Assembly: GCA_965243025.1 (NCBI GenBank)
Contig: CBDETY010000003.1
Span: 704,001 to 768,000, forward strand
Length of the DNA: 64,000 bases
Direction: 5' to 3'
DNA from: Candidatus Latescibacterota bacterium
GTDB taxonomy: Bacteria; Latescibacterota; UBA2968; UBA8231
Shown: one piece after another, positions 9,212 through 19,061 of the stretch
Layout of the letters: each line of letters opens with the position of its first letter
Numbering within the stretch: the stretch's first letter is position 1
Translations under genes and position numbers: made by a program
Notes under the pieces: generated by a model
Told to the model about the DNA's origin: nothing
Databases searched by the model: none
Seen by the model: only the letters and a program-made list of their open reading frames with translations

Positions 9212-10141
9212 GTGATATCCGACAAAGTGCTGGGAGCGTACGCCGCGGTGGGGGCGCTGGCCCCGTCAGAGCAGGCGGAGTGGTACTCGAGGGCGTGCAG
9301 CGAGTGGAAGATCGACACCTTCGAGATCCCCCTGCTGGGAGGAGTGCCCCTGGCCCCGGAGCTCGTCGAGGCCCTGGCCGCCGGCTCCGCCTCCCTGGTG
9401 GTCACCATGGTGGCGCAGTGGGCGACCAAGGGGCAGGAGAGCCCCGGGTACGGGCTCTCGTCCCTCGACGAGGGGCTGCGCCGCGAGGCCCTGCTAGACG
9501 TCCAGTCCGCCATGCAGCAGTGCCTGACCCTGCAGCGCGCCGGGATCGGCATCCGCGCCATCGAGCTCCACACCGGGCGGCGGACCGGCAGCGCCGTCGC
9601 CCACGCCGTTTCCTTCGCCCGGAGCCTGCAGGAGCTCGCAGGGGCGGCTGCCGCGGCCCTGCCGGACTGCCGGCTCACCGTCGAGGTGACCGACAGTCTG
9701 CCGCCGGAGCACCCCATAGCGTTTCCGGGAGCCAAAAAGGCGTCCCTGACGACGGAGGAGCTGATCGAGGCGGTGGCCGCCGTAAACCTGGGTTCCCCCT
9801 GCCTGCCGATCTCGCTGGTCCTCAACTGGGGCCGGCTGCTTATCAACGGCGACCGGCCCCTCGACGTCGTCGGGCAGGTGCTCGCATCCCCGGTGCCGCT
9901 CGGGGGAGTGATCCTGTCCGGGGCCAATCCGACGCCGGACGGGTTCGCCGACGCCCACAACTCCCACCTCGACCCGGGGGGCGGCTTCACCGAGGAGGAC
10001 GGCCGCGCCTGCGCCGGGGCGCTGCAGGCCGCAGGCGACTCCTGCTTCATCGGCATGAAGTGCGGGGTGACCTCATCCGCGGGAGAGCTGACACCGGAGC
10101 AGGTGCTGGCCGCCGAGGTGGAGTTTCTCGACAGCGTTTAA
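9212..10141 (+). CDS. DUF4862-like TIM-barrel protein
   Basis: N-terminal LGAYA and an LNWGR motif resemble DUF4862 (from memory). Starts 3 nt after the sialidase stop. Confidence 0.55.
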   Translation: MISDKVLGAYAAVGALAPSEQAEWYSRACSEWKIDTFEIPLLGGVPLAPELVEALAAGSASLVVTMVAQWATKGQESPGYGLSSLDEGLRREALLDVQSAMQQCLTLQRAGIGIRAIELHTGRRTGSAVAHAVSFARSLQELAGAAAAALPDCRLTVEVTDSLPPEHPIAFPGAKKASLTTEELIEAVAAVNLGSPCLPISLVLNWGRLLINGDRPLDVVGQVLASPVPLGGVILSGANPTPDGFADAHNSHLDPGGGFTEEDGRACAGALQAAGDSCFIGMKCGVTSSAGELTPEQVLAAEVEFLDSV

Positions 10142-10266
10142 GCAGCCCTGTCCCCGGCGTCCACTGTATCGAGTCCGATCCGGGGCTTGTGAAGTGCGGC
10201 CGGTCGAGGACAGTGCGCGGACGGGCCCGGGATAGGCAGCGGCGGGGTCCCCGAGCCGTCCGGTGC

Positions 10267-11832
10267 TCATGGTCCGTTCCCGTCTGCCGGCTTCAGCCGG
10301 CGCGAGATCGCGAACTGCTCATCCGCTTCGCGGTACCTGCCCGTTTTCTGGTAGGCGTCGCCGAGACGGCGGTGGTATTCGGCATTCGCAGGGTCGAGAG
10401 CGATGGCGAGTTTGTACTCGTTGATGGCGCTGATGTCGCGTCCCTGCCGGGAATACTGCATGGCGAGCTCGAAGTGGAACTGCGGGTTGTCGGGGGCCAG
10501 GGCGACGCTGCGTTCGAGATCGGCGATGTTGCCTTCCCGCTGCTTCCGGTAAATCTGCATCTCCCTCTCGCCCTCTTCGCGATTACCCTGCTTGAGGTAG
10601 GCGTTGGCGAGACCGAAATGCGCTTCCGTGTTGAAGTAGTCGAGTTCGATGGCCCTCTCGTACTCGGCGATCGCCTCTTCCATCCTTCCGGTCCGGGCAT
10701 ACACGGCTCCCAGGGCGTAGTGGAACAGGGTGTTGTCCGGTTCGCGCTCGATTGCCTCCCGAAACTGCTCGACAGCCTCCTCGGACTTCCTGTCCCTGGA
10801 GTAGATCATCCCGAGGCGATAGCGCGTGTACGCAAGGCCGGGATCCACCGTCAGGGTCTTTCTGTACTGAGCCGCCGCTTCCTCGTAGTTGCGCTGCCGC
10901 TCATAGGCCATGCCGAGGTTGTGCTGGAACCAGCCGTTGCCGGGGGCCAGCTCGACCGCCTTGCGGTGTTCCGTCACCGCGGCGGCGAGTTTGTCCTGGT
11001 CGGTCATCGCCGCTCCGAGGGGCACGTGTGACTGTTCGGTGTACACGAGCCCCAGCTTGTCGTGCGCGTCTGCGCGGCGGGGGTCGAGCCGCAGGGTTGC
11101 CGCAAACGCGTCTGCCGCTTCGTTCAGTCTGCCGATGGCCAAGTACGCATTTCCCAGGACGTAGTGGACCGACGGTTCATTCCCGGCCAGCTTTGCGGCC
11201 TGCCGCAGTTCTTCAATCGCTTTTGCGTATTGCTGGTTCTGAAGATGGATGGCTCCAAGCCGGTAGCGGGATGGGCCGTAGTCCGGCTTGAGCACGAGAA
11301 CGGTCTCGAAGTGCTCGGCCGCCCTTGCCGGGTTTCCCTCCTGCGAGTAGATCATGCCGAGCCCGTGATGAGCAGGGAAGTATGAGGGCTCGGATGCGAT
11401 CACTCTCTGGTAGGCATTCCTGGCTTTTTCGAGATCCCTCCGGATCAGGAAGATCTTTCCCAGCTTGTAGAGAGACGGCGCATAATCGGGGTCGATCTCC
11501 AGGACTCTCTCGAATTCTGCCTCCGCTTCCCGGAACCTGGCCTGGTCGGCATAGATGGAACCGAGGCCGTCCCGGGGGCGGATGGCGGTCGGATCGATCT
11601 CGATCGCCTTCCTGTATTCCCGCTCGGCGCTCTGGAAGTCGCCCCTCTGCGCATGGCGCAGACCGAGTCTGTAGTGGTGTTCACTCTGTCCGGCCACGAG
11701 TCCGTCGAGCTCCTGGCCGGGAAGCTCGGGGACGCTGACCGGGAAGCAGACGGCGAATGCCGCGCAGCCGACGATCCCGCGAAACCCGGTGCCGGTCGTG
11801 CGCATGGTCCTCGCTGTCCATGTCCTTTTCAT
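10267..11832 (-). CDS. Tetratricopeptide repeat protein, probably exported
   Basis: About 12 TPR units (e.g. HYRLG..A..EY.KAIEIDP) and a signal-like N-terminus. Confidence 0.9.
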   Translation of the reverse strand: MKRTWTARTMRTTGTGFRGIVGCAAFAVCFPVSVPELPGQELDGLVAGQSEHHYRLGLRHAQRGDFQSAEREYRKAIEIDPTAIRPRDGLGSIYADQARFREAEAEFERVLEIDPDYAPSLYKLGKIFLIRRDLEKARNAYQRVIASEPSYFPAHHGLGMIYSQEGNPARAAEHFETVLVLKPDYGPSRYRLGAIHLQNQQYAKAIEELRQAAKLAGNEPSVHYVLGNAYLAIGRLNEAADAFAATLRLDPRRADAHDKLGLVYTEQSHVPLGAAMTDQDKLAAAVTEHRKAVELAPGNGWFQHNLGMAYERQRNYEEAAAQYRKTLTVDPGLAYTRYRLGMIYSRDRKSEEAVEQFREAIEREPDNTLFHYALGAVYARTGRMEEAIAEYERAIELDYFNTEAHFGLANAYLKQGNREEGEREMQIYRKQREGNIADLERSVALAPDNPQFHFELAMQYSRQGRDISAINEYKLAIALDPANAEYHRRLGDAYQKTGRYREADEQFAISRRLKPADGNGP

Positions 11833-11929
11833 CGCTCGCCTCTCGCTATGTGATTCCCGCCTGGAATAAACCTTCCGGAAGGTGACCACTGACCGCAACG
11901 CCTGGCCGAATCCGGCCGGGGCCGGCGCT

Positions 11930-12802
11930 TCAGGACGGCCGGATCGGACTGCTGTTATCGGCCCGCAGCAGCAGGTTGGTCGATTCGAGGTCCCACACCT
12001 CGTTGAACACCGTCGGTCTCGGCCTGCGCGGCGGGTACCCCTCGGGGGGGTTGGCCGGGTGGATCAGCTCGAGGCGGTCCCGCCCCCGGGGCCGGTCGAG
12101 CCACTCCTTCTCCGCATCGGCGGCCTCGACCTCCCGCCTCAGGATGAACTCGACCCGGTCGAAGCGGGTGAGGGCGACGTCGGCGACGAAGATCCGCCTG
12201 AGGTCGGCCCCGTCCCAGGTGGCGAGGTCAGGCAGCAGGATGGGACCGGTGCAGACCTGGAACTGCGCCGGGTCTGCGTTGACGTTGATGAGGTTGACCG
12301 GGAACTCGACGGCCACCTCGAGGCCTCGCGCCTGATCGCTCCAGGTGCAGACCCCGTTCAGCAGGTCGTCGCCGAGGGCGGCATCGACGATCTGCCGGTG
12401 CGTCCTCAGCTCCTCGCCGCCGTCGAAGCAGCGGATGACGATGCGGTGATCGGCCCAGGCTTCGGCGTGCGGTGTCATCCGCGAAGGCTCCCGTTCCCAG
12501 CTGGGACGGGCGGCGATGGTGTAGGCCCCGGCGCTGCTGAAAGGCATGCGCCACTCGCCGCTGGGTATCTGGAAGAGGTTGCTGTCGGCGATGGTGTACT
12601 CGCTGCGGCAGGGGGAGCCGAGAAACAGCTCCAGTCCGTCCTCGGAGCCGGGCTCGCGAACCAGGCATGCCGACTGCAGGTTGAAGCGGACGTGGTAGGC
12701 CTCCCCCGGCGGGCCGACCAGTCCCCCCGAGTACTTGTAGAACGGGTCCGGCTCGTGGGGGCGGCTTTCCCAGGTGAAGGAAGAGGCGTGGAAGTTGATC
12801 AT
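11930..12802 (-). CDS. Hypothetical protein
   Basis: Starts MINFHASSFTW with an ATGA overlap on the upstream DapA-family stop. Protein-like composition, no recognised motif. Confidence 0.7.
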   Translation of the reverse strand: MINFHASSFTWESRPHEPDPFYKYSGGLVGPPGEAYHVRFNLQSACLVREPGSEDGLELFLGSPCRSEYTIADSNLFQIPSGEWRMPFSSAGAYTIAARPSWEREPSRMTPHAEAWADHRIVIRCFDGGEELRTHRQIVDAALGDDLLNGVCTWSDQARGLEVAVEFPVNLINVNADPAQFQVCTGPILLPDLATWDGADLRRIFVADVALTRFDRVEFILRREVEAADAEKEWLDRPRGRDRLELIHPANPPEGYPPRRPRPTVFNEVWDLESTNLLLRADNSSPIRPS

Positions 12803-13716
12803 CGGACTCCGGCCTCCTCCGGCACCGGTTCGAGCTGCAGTTGATCCAGGGCTCGGTCGACCGCGTCCCGCTGCTCGCCGCTGAGGGGCAGGGCGGGCAG
12901 CCGCGGGTCCCCGCACTCGATCCCGAGCCGCCTGCCGAGCACGTGCTTGCATATGGCGACGTAGCGGCCCCCCTCGAACAGGGAGATCAGGGACTCGACG
13001 ACATTCGAGGCCCGCGACTGGGCCCGGCGCGCCGCCTCGATGTCACCGGCCTCGAAGGCGTTCCAGATCGCCACCCAGCATTCGGGGACGAGGTTCGGCG
13101 GGCCGTCGACGCAGCCGGCGCCGCCGGTGGTCATGGCCGGCAGCATCCAGTGGCAGGAGCCGGTGAAGGTCGCCAGCCCCATCGAGGAGAAGGCGCGGAT
13201 GTTGTGGAAGTTCTGAGCCGAGTGCTTGACCCCGGCAAGCTGCGGAACCGCGTCCTGCAGCTTCTTCATCAGGTCGGCGGTGATCTCGACGTTGGTGCAG
13301 CCCGGCAGGTTGTAGCAGAAGAAGGGCAGGTCAGCGGCGGCGGCGACGGCGCGGTAATGCTCGACGATCTCCTCTTCCCGGCGGGGGTAGAAGAACGGCG
13401 GCACGCAGCATACCGCGTCCGCACCGGCCCCGGCGGCGTGCTCGGCCAGGGCGGCCGCCCGGCTCGTGGTCGCCGCCCCGACGTGGTGGATGTGGAAGGC
13501 CCGGCCGCGGCAGACCTCGGCGGCGATTTCGGCGATGCGCCGGTTCTCCCCGTCTTCGAGCAGCACGCTCTCGCCGGTGCCCCCGGCGACCCAGAAGCCG
13601 TGAACCCCGGCGGCGATGTTGAATTCCAGGATCCTCCGCAGGCTCTCCTCGTGCAGGCTGCCGTCGGCCCGCATCGGGGTGACGAGAGCGGGAACGACCC
13701 CCTTGAACTGGTTCAT
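12799..13716 (-). CDS. DapA/N-acetylneuraminate lyase family aldolase
   Basis: GVVPALVTP, GGTGE, YN, and GVKHS with the catalytic Lys. Confidence 0.88.
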   Translation of the reverse strand: MNQFKGVVPALVTPMRADGSLHEESLRRILEFNIAAGVHGFWVAGGTGESVLLEDGENRRIAEIAAEVCRGRAFHIHHVGAATTSRAAALAEHAAGAGADAVCCVPPFFYPRREEEIVEHYRAVAAAADLPFFCYNLPGCTNVEITADLMKKLQDAVPQLAGVKHSAQNFHNIRAFSSMGLATFTGSCHWMLPAMTTGGAGCVDGPPNLVPECWVAIWNAFEAGDIEAARRAQSRASNVVESLISLFEGGRYVAICKHVLGRRLGIECGDPRLPALPLSGEQRDAVDRALDQLQLEPVPEEAGVR

Positions 13717-13880
13717 TTTCTGTTCCTTCGTAGTAAAAGTGGAGACCGACAAACAGGTGGTCCGGAGACGGGGCGTCAAACCGGCCGGCAGGGATGCGGC
13801 CGGTCATGGCGCGCCTGGCCCCTGCAGGCCCGAGTAATGTGCCTGGCCAACGATAACCCATTTCACCGGGAGCGAACGGA

Positions 13881-14354
13881 ATGTCCGCTGAAGTCGCGTA
13901 CACGTCGAAAGTGGGAATAGAGAGGGTGAAGGGGCCGCTGCGGCGCGCCACCCTGCCCGTGGAGCCGGAGCCGGTGCTTTTCGGCGTTCACTCCGAGGTC
14001 GCCGAGCATTACGGGGTCGATCTCGACGTCGTCGAGCCGCACGCCACCACTCTCGACTATGTGGTGGCCGCCGCGGCCGGGTGACTGACCGGAACCTTCG
14101 GGGGCGCGCTGGAGGCGCGCGGGGTACCGGCCGGCGAGGGCCTGCTGTCGTCCGAGGCGACCGGGGAGATCGAGAAGGAGGGGGGAGTGCTGGTCATCAG
14201 GCGGATTCACGTGAAATACCGCCTGAGGATCGACGCGGCGAACCGCGAAAAGGCGGAGCGGGTGATGAAGGCGCACGTCGGCTACTGTCCGGTGGCCCGC
14301 TCGCTCGCCGGCAGCATCGACATCACCACCGAGCTGGAAATGCAGGACCTGTGA
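13881..14354 (+). CDS. OsmC-like protein, probable selenoprotein (UGA 14082-14084 read as Sec)
   Basis: Reading through the TGA gives a 157-aa OsmC fold: ..DYVVAAAAG-U-LTGTFGGALEARG..IRRIHVKY..GYCPVARSL..ITTELE. A SECIS-like hairpin follows. Confidence 0.82.
14089..14130 (+). promoter_or_regulatory. Putative bacterial SECIS element
   Basis: GCGCGC (14104-14109), TGGAG loop, GCGCGC (14115-14120). The loop starts 25 nt after the UGA with G at loop position 2. Lower stem CCGG..ACC / GGT.CCGG. Confidence 0.65.
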
Positions 14355-14355
14355 A

Positions 14356-14910
14356 GTGAAGATCTCGCTGATCGGCTACCGGGCTTCCGGGAAATCGACG
14401 CTGGGCCGCGAGCTGTCGCGGCGGCTCGGGTGGCCGCTGCTCGACATCGACCGCGGAGTCGAGGTTCGCTTTCCGGAGGAGACTCTGACCGAGGTGTGGC
14501 TGCGCATCGGCGACCCCCGGTTCCGCGAGATAGAGGCGGAGGTCGTCGAGGAGATGTGCTCCGGCGACGAGTGCGTGGTCTCGTTCGGGGCCGGCACACT
14601 CGGCAGGCCGGAAAACCGCAGGCACGCCTGCCGGGACGCCCTCGTCGTCTACCTCGAGATGAGCGCCGAGGAGTTGTGGGAGCGGATGCAGGCGGACCCC
14701 ATGAACGCCTCGACGCGGCCCAACCTGGCAGGGGGCGGCTTTCAGGAGGTGGTGGAGATGCTCGCCCGGCGCGACCCGGTGTACCGCGAGTGCGCCGACC
14801 TGCTCGTGGATGCGTCTCTGCCGACCGAAAGGCTCGCCGATATCGTCGTCGCCGAGCTCGAGGCTCGCGTGCCGCCGGGGCAGAACGCCGCCGATCAATT
14901 CCAGCGGTAG
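14356..14910 (+). CDS. aroK: Shikimate kinase
   Basis: GYRASGKST P-loop, DID, FREIE, VVSFGAG, RP.L and R.PVY motifs. Confidence 0.85.
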   Translation: MKISLIGYRASGKSTLGRELSRRLGWPLLDIDRGVEVRFPEETLTEVWLRIGDPRFREIEAEVVEEMCSGDECVVSFGAGTLGRPENRRHACRDALVVYLEMSAEELWERMQADPMNASTRPNLAGGGFQEVVEMLARRDPVYRECADLLVDASLPTERLADIVVAELEARVPPGQNAADQFQR

Positions 14911-15809
14911 GTCCGCGCCCCGCGGCTGCCGGCGCGGGCGAACTTCCAGGCGGTGACCCACTCCTCGCGGTCGCGCACCACCAGCTCGGGGTTTTCGCTG
15001 CTGCGCACGTAGAGCCCGGGCATGTGGGGGCGGCCGTTCGGCATGCGGGCGTCGTTCCAGCGCAGGTCGAGACTCCAGCGGATGGTGTCGGCCCGGTTGG
15101 GCCCGCTGCTGTGGGGGGTGCGGCAGTGTATCATCAGCAGCCCCCCGCGCGCCACCGGAACCTCGACCGGCTCCCTGTCGGGAAGCTCCCCGGGGTCGAT
15201 CATCCAGTTGCCCCCCATTTCAGGCGGCGGCTTCACGTGCCTGCGCAGGGGTTCGTTGTGACAGCGCGGTATCACCCTCAGGGTGCCGTTGGCCGCGTCT
15301 GCGTCGACCAGGGGAATCCAGGTGGTGACGACGAGGGTGTTGTCGGCCTCGGGGAGGAGCACCCCGAGGTCCTGGTGCCAGCAGGTGTCCCGCGCCCACT
15401 CCATGCTCGAGAGTCCGCCCTCGTAGTCGCCGGTGGCCGGCAGCTTGGCGCGGATGTGCTGGCAGGGGTTGGCGAAGATCTCGGGGCCGATGACCGACTC
15501 GACGGCGTCGAGCAGGTTGTCGTTGCGGAAGAAGTTGAAAATCCCGCTGCCGAGGTTGCCGGGGATGTTGATGCCTTCGGTGGCGCTGGCATGCGCCCGG
15601 CCGAGCGGAATCAGGCGCTTGTCGAAAGGCAGCTCGGCGTAGTCGCGGTCGACCTTGCCTGCGGCGAGCAGCCGTTTGGCATTGCGGTCGACGATTTTCT
15701 CGAGGTCGGCCTGCACGGGGGCGAGGTCGGCGTCGCCGAGGACTCCGGGTACGTGCACGTAGCCTTCGCGGTGAAAGAAATCGAGTTGCTCCTGGGTCAG
15801 TCCGGACAT
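14895..15809 (-). CDS. Phytanoyl-CoA dioxygenase (PhyH) family protein
   Basis: LTQEQLDFFHREGY, WHQD, NGTLRVIP, and H.S.PN..R. Confidence 0.9.
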   Translation of the reverse strand: MSGLTQEQLDFFHREGYVHVPGVLGDADLAPVQADLEKIVDRNAKRLLAAGKVDRDYAELPFDKRLIPLGRAHASATEGINIPGNLGSGIFNFFRNDNLLDAVESVIGPEIFANPCQHIRAKLPATGDYEGGLSSMEWARDTCWHQDLGVLLPEADNTLVVTTWIPLVDADAANGTLRVIPRCHNEPLRRHVKPPPEMGGNWMIDPGELPDREPVEVPVARGGLLMIHCRTPHSSGPNRADTIRWSLDLRWNDARMPNGRPHMPGLYVRSSENPELVVRDREEWVTAWKFARAGSRGARTYRWN

Positions 15810-16096
15810 GGTCGCTGCGCTCGTTCCGATTTCGGGGTGTGTGAGTCTCTACAGCCGTGGAGACGGTTCGTTTGCAGGGGAGACCGGCCGTCGGCACCGG
15901 ACGCCTGCGGCAGCACCAGGACCGGGCGCGGGATGCGCCCCGGTGCCAGCCGTTCGGGATCGGAAATTAGAACCGGCCACCCCGCCGGGCAAAATGATCG
16001 GGCGGCCGGTTTGTCAGCTCCGTACCTGCTGCCGGATATTTGGCAATTCCCCGATGCCGGGCGCGTTGACGAGCCCTGGGGGGCGAAACGGAGACC

Positions 16097-17131
16097 ATGA
16101 CGAAGCGGGCGCTGATAACGGGAATCACCGGGCAGGACGGGTCGTACCTGGCCGAGCTGCTGCTCTCCAAGGGGTACGAGGTCGTCGGCCTGAGCCGCCG
16201 TTCCACGAGTTACCATCACGAAAACATCGGCCACCTGTACGGAAGGATCACCCTCGAGTACGGGGACCTGATGGACGGCCCCAGCATCGAGCGGGTCGTC
16301 GCCGAGCACCAGCCGGACGAGGTCTACAACCTCGCGGCCCAGTCGGTGCCGGCCGACAGCTGGACCCAGCCTGTGGTGACCGCCGAGATCACCGCGGTCG
16401 GCGCCACCCGCATGCTCGAAGCGGTCAAGCGCTGCTGTCCGTCGGCGCGCTTCTACCAGGCGAGCAGCCGCGAGATCTACGGCGGCTCTCCCGCCGCTGT
16501 CATCGACGAGTCGACGCCGCTGGCGGCCAACAACCCCTACGGCGTGGCCAAGCTCTACGCCCACCGGATGACGGAGACCTACCGCGAGTCGTACGGCATG
16601 TTCGCGTGCGGCGGGGTGCTGTTCAACCACGAAAGCCCCCGGCGGAGCCTGCACTTCGTAACCCGCAAGGTCACCATGGCCGTGGCCTGCCTGAAGACGG
16701 GGACTGAGGAGGTGCCGCTGAACGAGGCCGGGCTCCCCCTGGTGAGCGGCGGCAAGCTGAGGATGGGGGACCTCGACTGCGTGCGCGACTGGGGGTACGC
16801 AAAGGAGTACGTAGAGGCGATGTGGCTGATGCTGCAACAGGACGAGCCCGACACCTACGTGATCGCGACCAACACGGCGCACACGATCCGCGAGCTGTGC
16901 GAGGTGGCGTTCGGCCACGCCGGGATGAGCTGGGAGGAGCACGTCGTCAGCGACGAGCGCTTCATCAGGCCCACGGAGATCGGCGCCTCGCGCGGCGATT
17001 TCTCCAGGGCGAAGGAGAAACTCGGCTGGGAGCCGGGGACGATGTTCGACGAGCTGATTCGACTGATGGTCGACGCCGACGTCGAGCGTCTTTCGAAGCA
17101 GCGGACAGGATTCACAACCACACCAGCATAA
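16097..17131 (+). CDS. gmd: GDP-mannose 4,6-dehydratase
   Basis: ALITGITGQDGSYLAELLL, PYGVAKLY, FNHESPRR, RDWG. Confidence 0.95.
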   Translation: MTKRALITGITGQDGSYLAELLLSKGYEVVGLSRRSTSYHHENIGHLYGRITLEYGDLMDGPSIERVVAEHQPDEVYNLAAQSVPADSWTQPVVTAEITAVGATRMLEAVKRCCPSARFYQASSREIYGGSPAAVIDESTPLAANNPYGVAKLYAHRMTETYRESYGMFACGGVLFNHESPRRSLHFVTRKVTMAVACLKTGTEEVPLNEAGLPLVSGGKLRMGDLDCVRDWGYAKEYVEAMWLMLQQDEPDTYVIATNTAHTIRELCEVAFGHAGMSWEEHVVSDERFIRPTEIGASRGDFSRAKEKLGWEPGTMFDELIRLMVDADVERLSKQRTGFTTTPA

Positions 17132-17146
17132 GGGGCGAAAATCCAC

Positions 17147-17914
17147 ATGAGCATGTTCGATCTGAGCGGCAAGACAGCCATCGTCACCGGGGGCAACAGC
17201 GGCATCGGCCTCGGGTTCGCGCGCGGCCTGGCGGGAGCCGGGGCCACGGTCGCCATCGCGGCGCGCAACGAGGAGAGGAACGCCGCGGCGGTGGCCGAGT
17301 TGGAGGAAGCCGGCGGACGTGCCCTCGCCGTCCGTTGCGACGTCTGCTCCGAGGCGGAGATCGCCGAGATGGCCGCCAAGGTGGTCGAGGAGGCGGGAGG
17401 CATCGACATCCTCGTCAACAACGCCGGCACCAACGTCCGCAAGCAGCCGGAAGAACTGAGCTACGAGGAGTGGAAGCTGGTGCTGGAGACCAACCTCGAC
17501 AGCGCCTTCCTGTGCAGCAGGGCATGCTTCCCGGCGATGAAGCGGGCCGGGGCCGGAAAGATCCTCAACAACGGTTCCATGCTGTCGATCTTCGGTGCCC
17601 CGTGGGGTTCCCCCTACGCCTCCTCCAAGGGGGGAATGGTGCAGCTGACCAAGTCCCTGGCGACCGCCTGGGCCCAGTACAACATCCAGGTCAACTGCTT
17701 TCTCCCCGGTTTCATCGACACCCCCCTGACCCGGGCGGCGCGCGCGCAGGTCGAGGGCCTGAACGAAAAGATGCTTGCCCGCTGCCCCGCCGGGCGCTGG
17801 GGGAGTCCCGACGACTTTGAGGGCCTCGCGGTGTTTCTGTCGAGCCCGGCGTCCGACTACGTCACCGGCACGGCGATCCCGGTCGACGGCGGGTTCTCCG
17901 TCAACATGCTGTAG
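17147..17914 (+). CDS. Short-chain dehydrogenase/reductase (KduD/gluconate 5-dehydrogenase-like)
   Basis: TGGNSGIG, NNAG, YASSK, VDGG. Confidence 0.9.
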   Translation: MSMFDLSGKTAIVTGGNSGIGLGFARGLAGAGATVAIAARNEERNAAAVAELEEAGGRALAVRCDVCSEAEIAEMAAKVVEEAGGIDILVNNAGTNVRKQPEELSYEEWKLVLETNLDSAFLCSRACFPAMKRAGAGKILNNGSMLSIFGAPWGSPYASSKGGMVQLTKSLATAWAQYNIQVNCFLPGFIDTPLTRAARAQVEGLNEKMLARCPAGRWGSPDDFEGLAVFLSSPASDYVTGTAIPVDGGFSVNML

Positions 17915-17924
17915 GCCCCTGCGC

Positions 17925-18881
17925 ATGGCGACCCTGATCACCGGAGGCACCGGATTCATCGCCGCGGAAGTCGCGCGCCTTCTCGTCTCCCGGGGGGAGA
18001 CGGACCTCACTGTTTTCGACATCGACGACTCGACCCGCCGCCTCGATGAAATCGCCGGCAAGGTGAGGATGGTGCGCGGCGACGTCGGCAACTTCAGCCA
18101 CGTTCTCGAAGCCGTCCGCGACAGCTCTCCGGAGGTCATCTACCACCTCGCGGGGATGCTGTCCCTCGGCTGCGAGGCCGACCCCCACTCGTCGATACGG
18201 GTCAACGCCCTGGGCACCTATCACGTGCTCGAGGCCGCCCGCCTGTTCGGGGTCGGCAAGGTGATCTTCTCCAGCAGCATCGGCACCTACGGAAGCGGCA
18301 TCACGACCGATGCCATGGACGACCTCACCCTGCAGCGGCCGCTGCTGGTGTACGGGGCCTGCAAGCTGTTCGGCGAGCACCTCGGACTCTTCTACCGGCG
18401 CAAGTACGGCCTCGACTACCGCGGCCTCCGCTATCCCCCCGTGGTCGGTCCCGGGGTCCGGTCGCTCGGGGTGACCCAGTACATCTCATGGGCGATCGAG
18501 GAGTCGGGCAGGGGGAACCCCTTCGCGATCTGGGTGCGGCCCGACACCCGCGCCACGGTGCTCTACTTCAAGGACATCGCGCGCGCCACCGTCGAGCTTG
18601 CCGGGGCGCCGGCGGAAGACCTGCGGATGATCAACTACCTGCTCGCCGGGCCGATGCCGACCGCGGGAGAGGTGGCCGCCGCGGTTGGCGACCGGGTTCC
18701 CGGGGCGCGGATCGAGTTCGCCGTGGACCCTGAGCGGCAGGCCCTGGCCGAGCACGCGGGCCTGCGGATCGACGACCGCTGCGCGCGCGAGGAGTGGGGG
18801 TGGAAGCCGGCCTACGGCTTGGAGGAGATGGTCGACGACTTCCTGCGCGAGCTGCGCGAGAACCCCCAACGGTACGGCTGA
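17925..18881 (+). CDS. NAD-dependent epimerase/dehydratase (extended SDR, L-threonine dehydrogenase-like)
   Basis: ITGGTGFIA, YHLAGMLS, YGACK, LRYP. Confidence 0.85.
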   Translation: MATLITGGTGFIAAEVARLLVSRGETDLTVFDIDDSTRRLDEIAGKVRMVRGDVGNFSHVLEAVRDSSPEVIYHLAGMLSLGCEADPHSSIRVNALGTYHVLEAARLFGVGKVIFSSSIGTYGSGITTDAMDDLTLQRPLLVYGACKLFGEHLGLFYRRKYGLDYRGLRYPPVVGPGVRSLGVTQYISWAIEESGRGNPFAIWVRPDTRATVLYFKDIARATVELAGAPAEDLRMINYLLAGPMPTAGEVAAAVGDRVPGARIEFAVDPERQALAEHAGLRIDDRCAREEWGWKPAYGLEEMVDDFLRELRENPQRYG

Positions 18882-19061
18882 CAGGGTTCCCGGTGATCGC
18901 GGCCCGACCCCGGAGATGGCGCAAGTATCCGGGTTTCCGGTCAGTTGATTCCGGGGGGACCTGAGCCCGTGAAGATCGCCATGCTTTGCGAGGGGGATTG
19001 CATATGAGTGCCCGGGCACATGAACGGAAGCCGGGCGGTCGATAACGCGGAGCCGGATACC

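Noticed and set aside
7951-11031. 1026-aa ORF and other long Arg/Pro/Gly-rich ORFs (e.g. 14430..16100, 24830..27124, 48941..51175)
   Set aside because: Shadow or alternative frames over well-supported genes, expected in high-GC DNA. No domain motifs.
14081-14359. Separate 92-aa ORF downstream of the OsmC UGA
   Set aside because: Wrong frame and not protein-like. The OsmC homology continues in the read-through frame instead.
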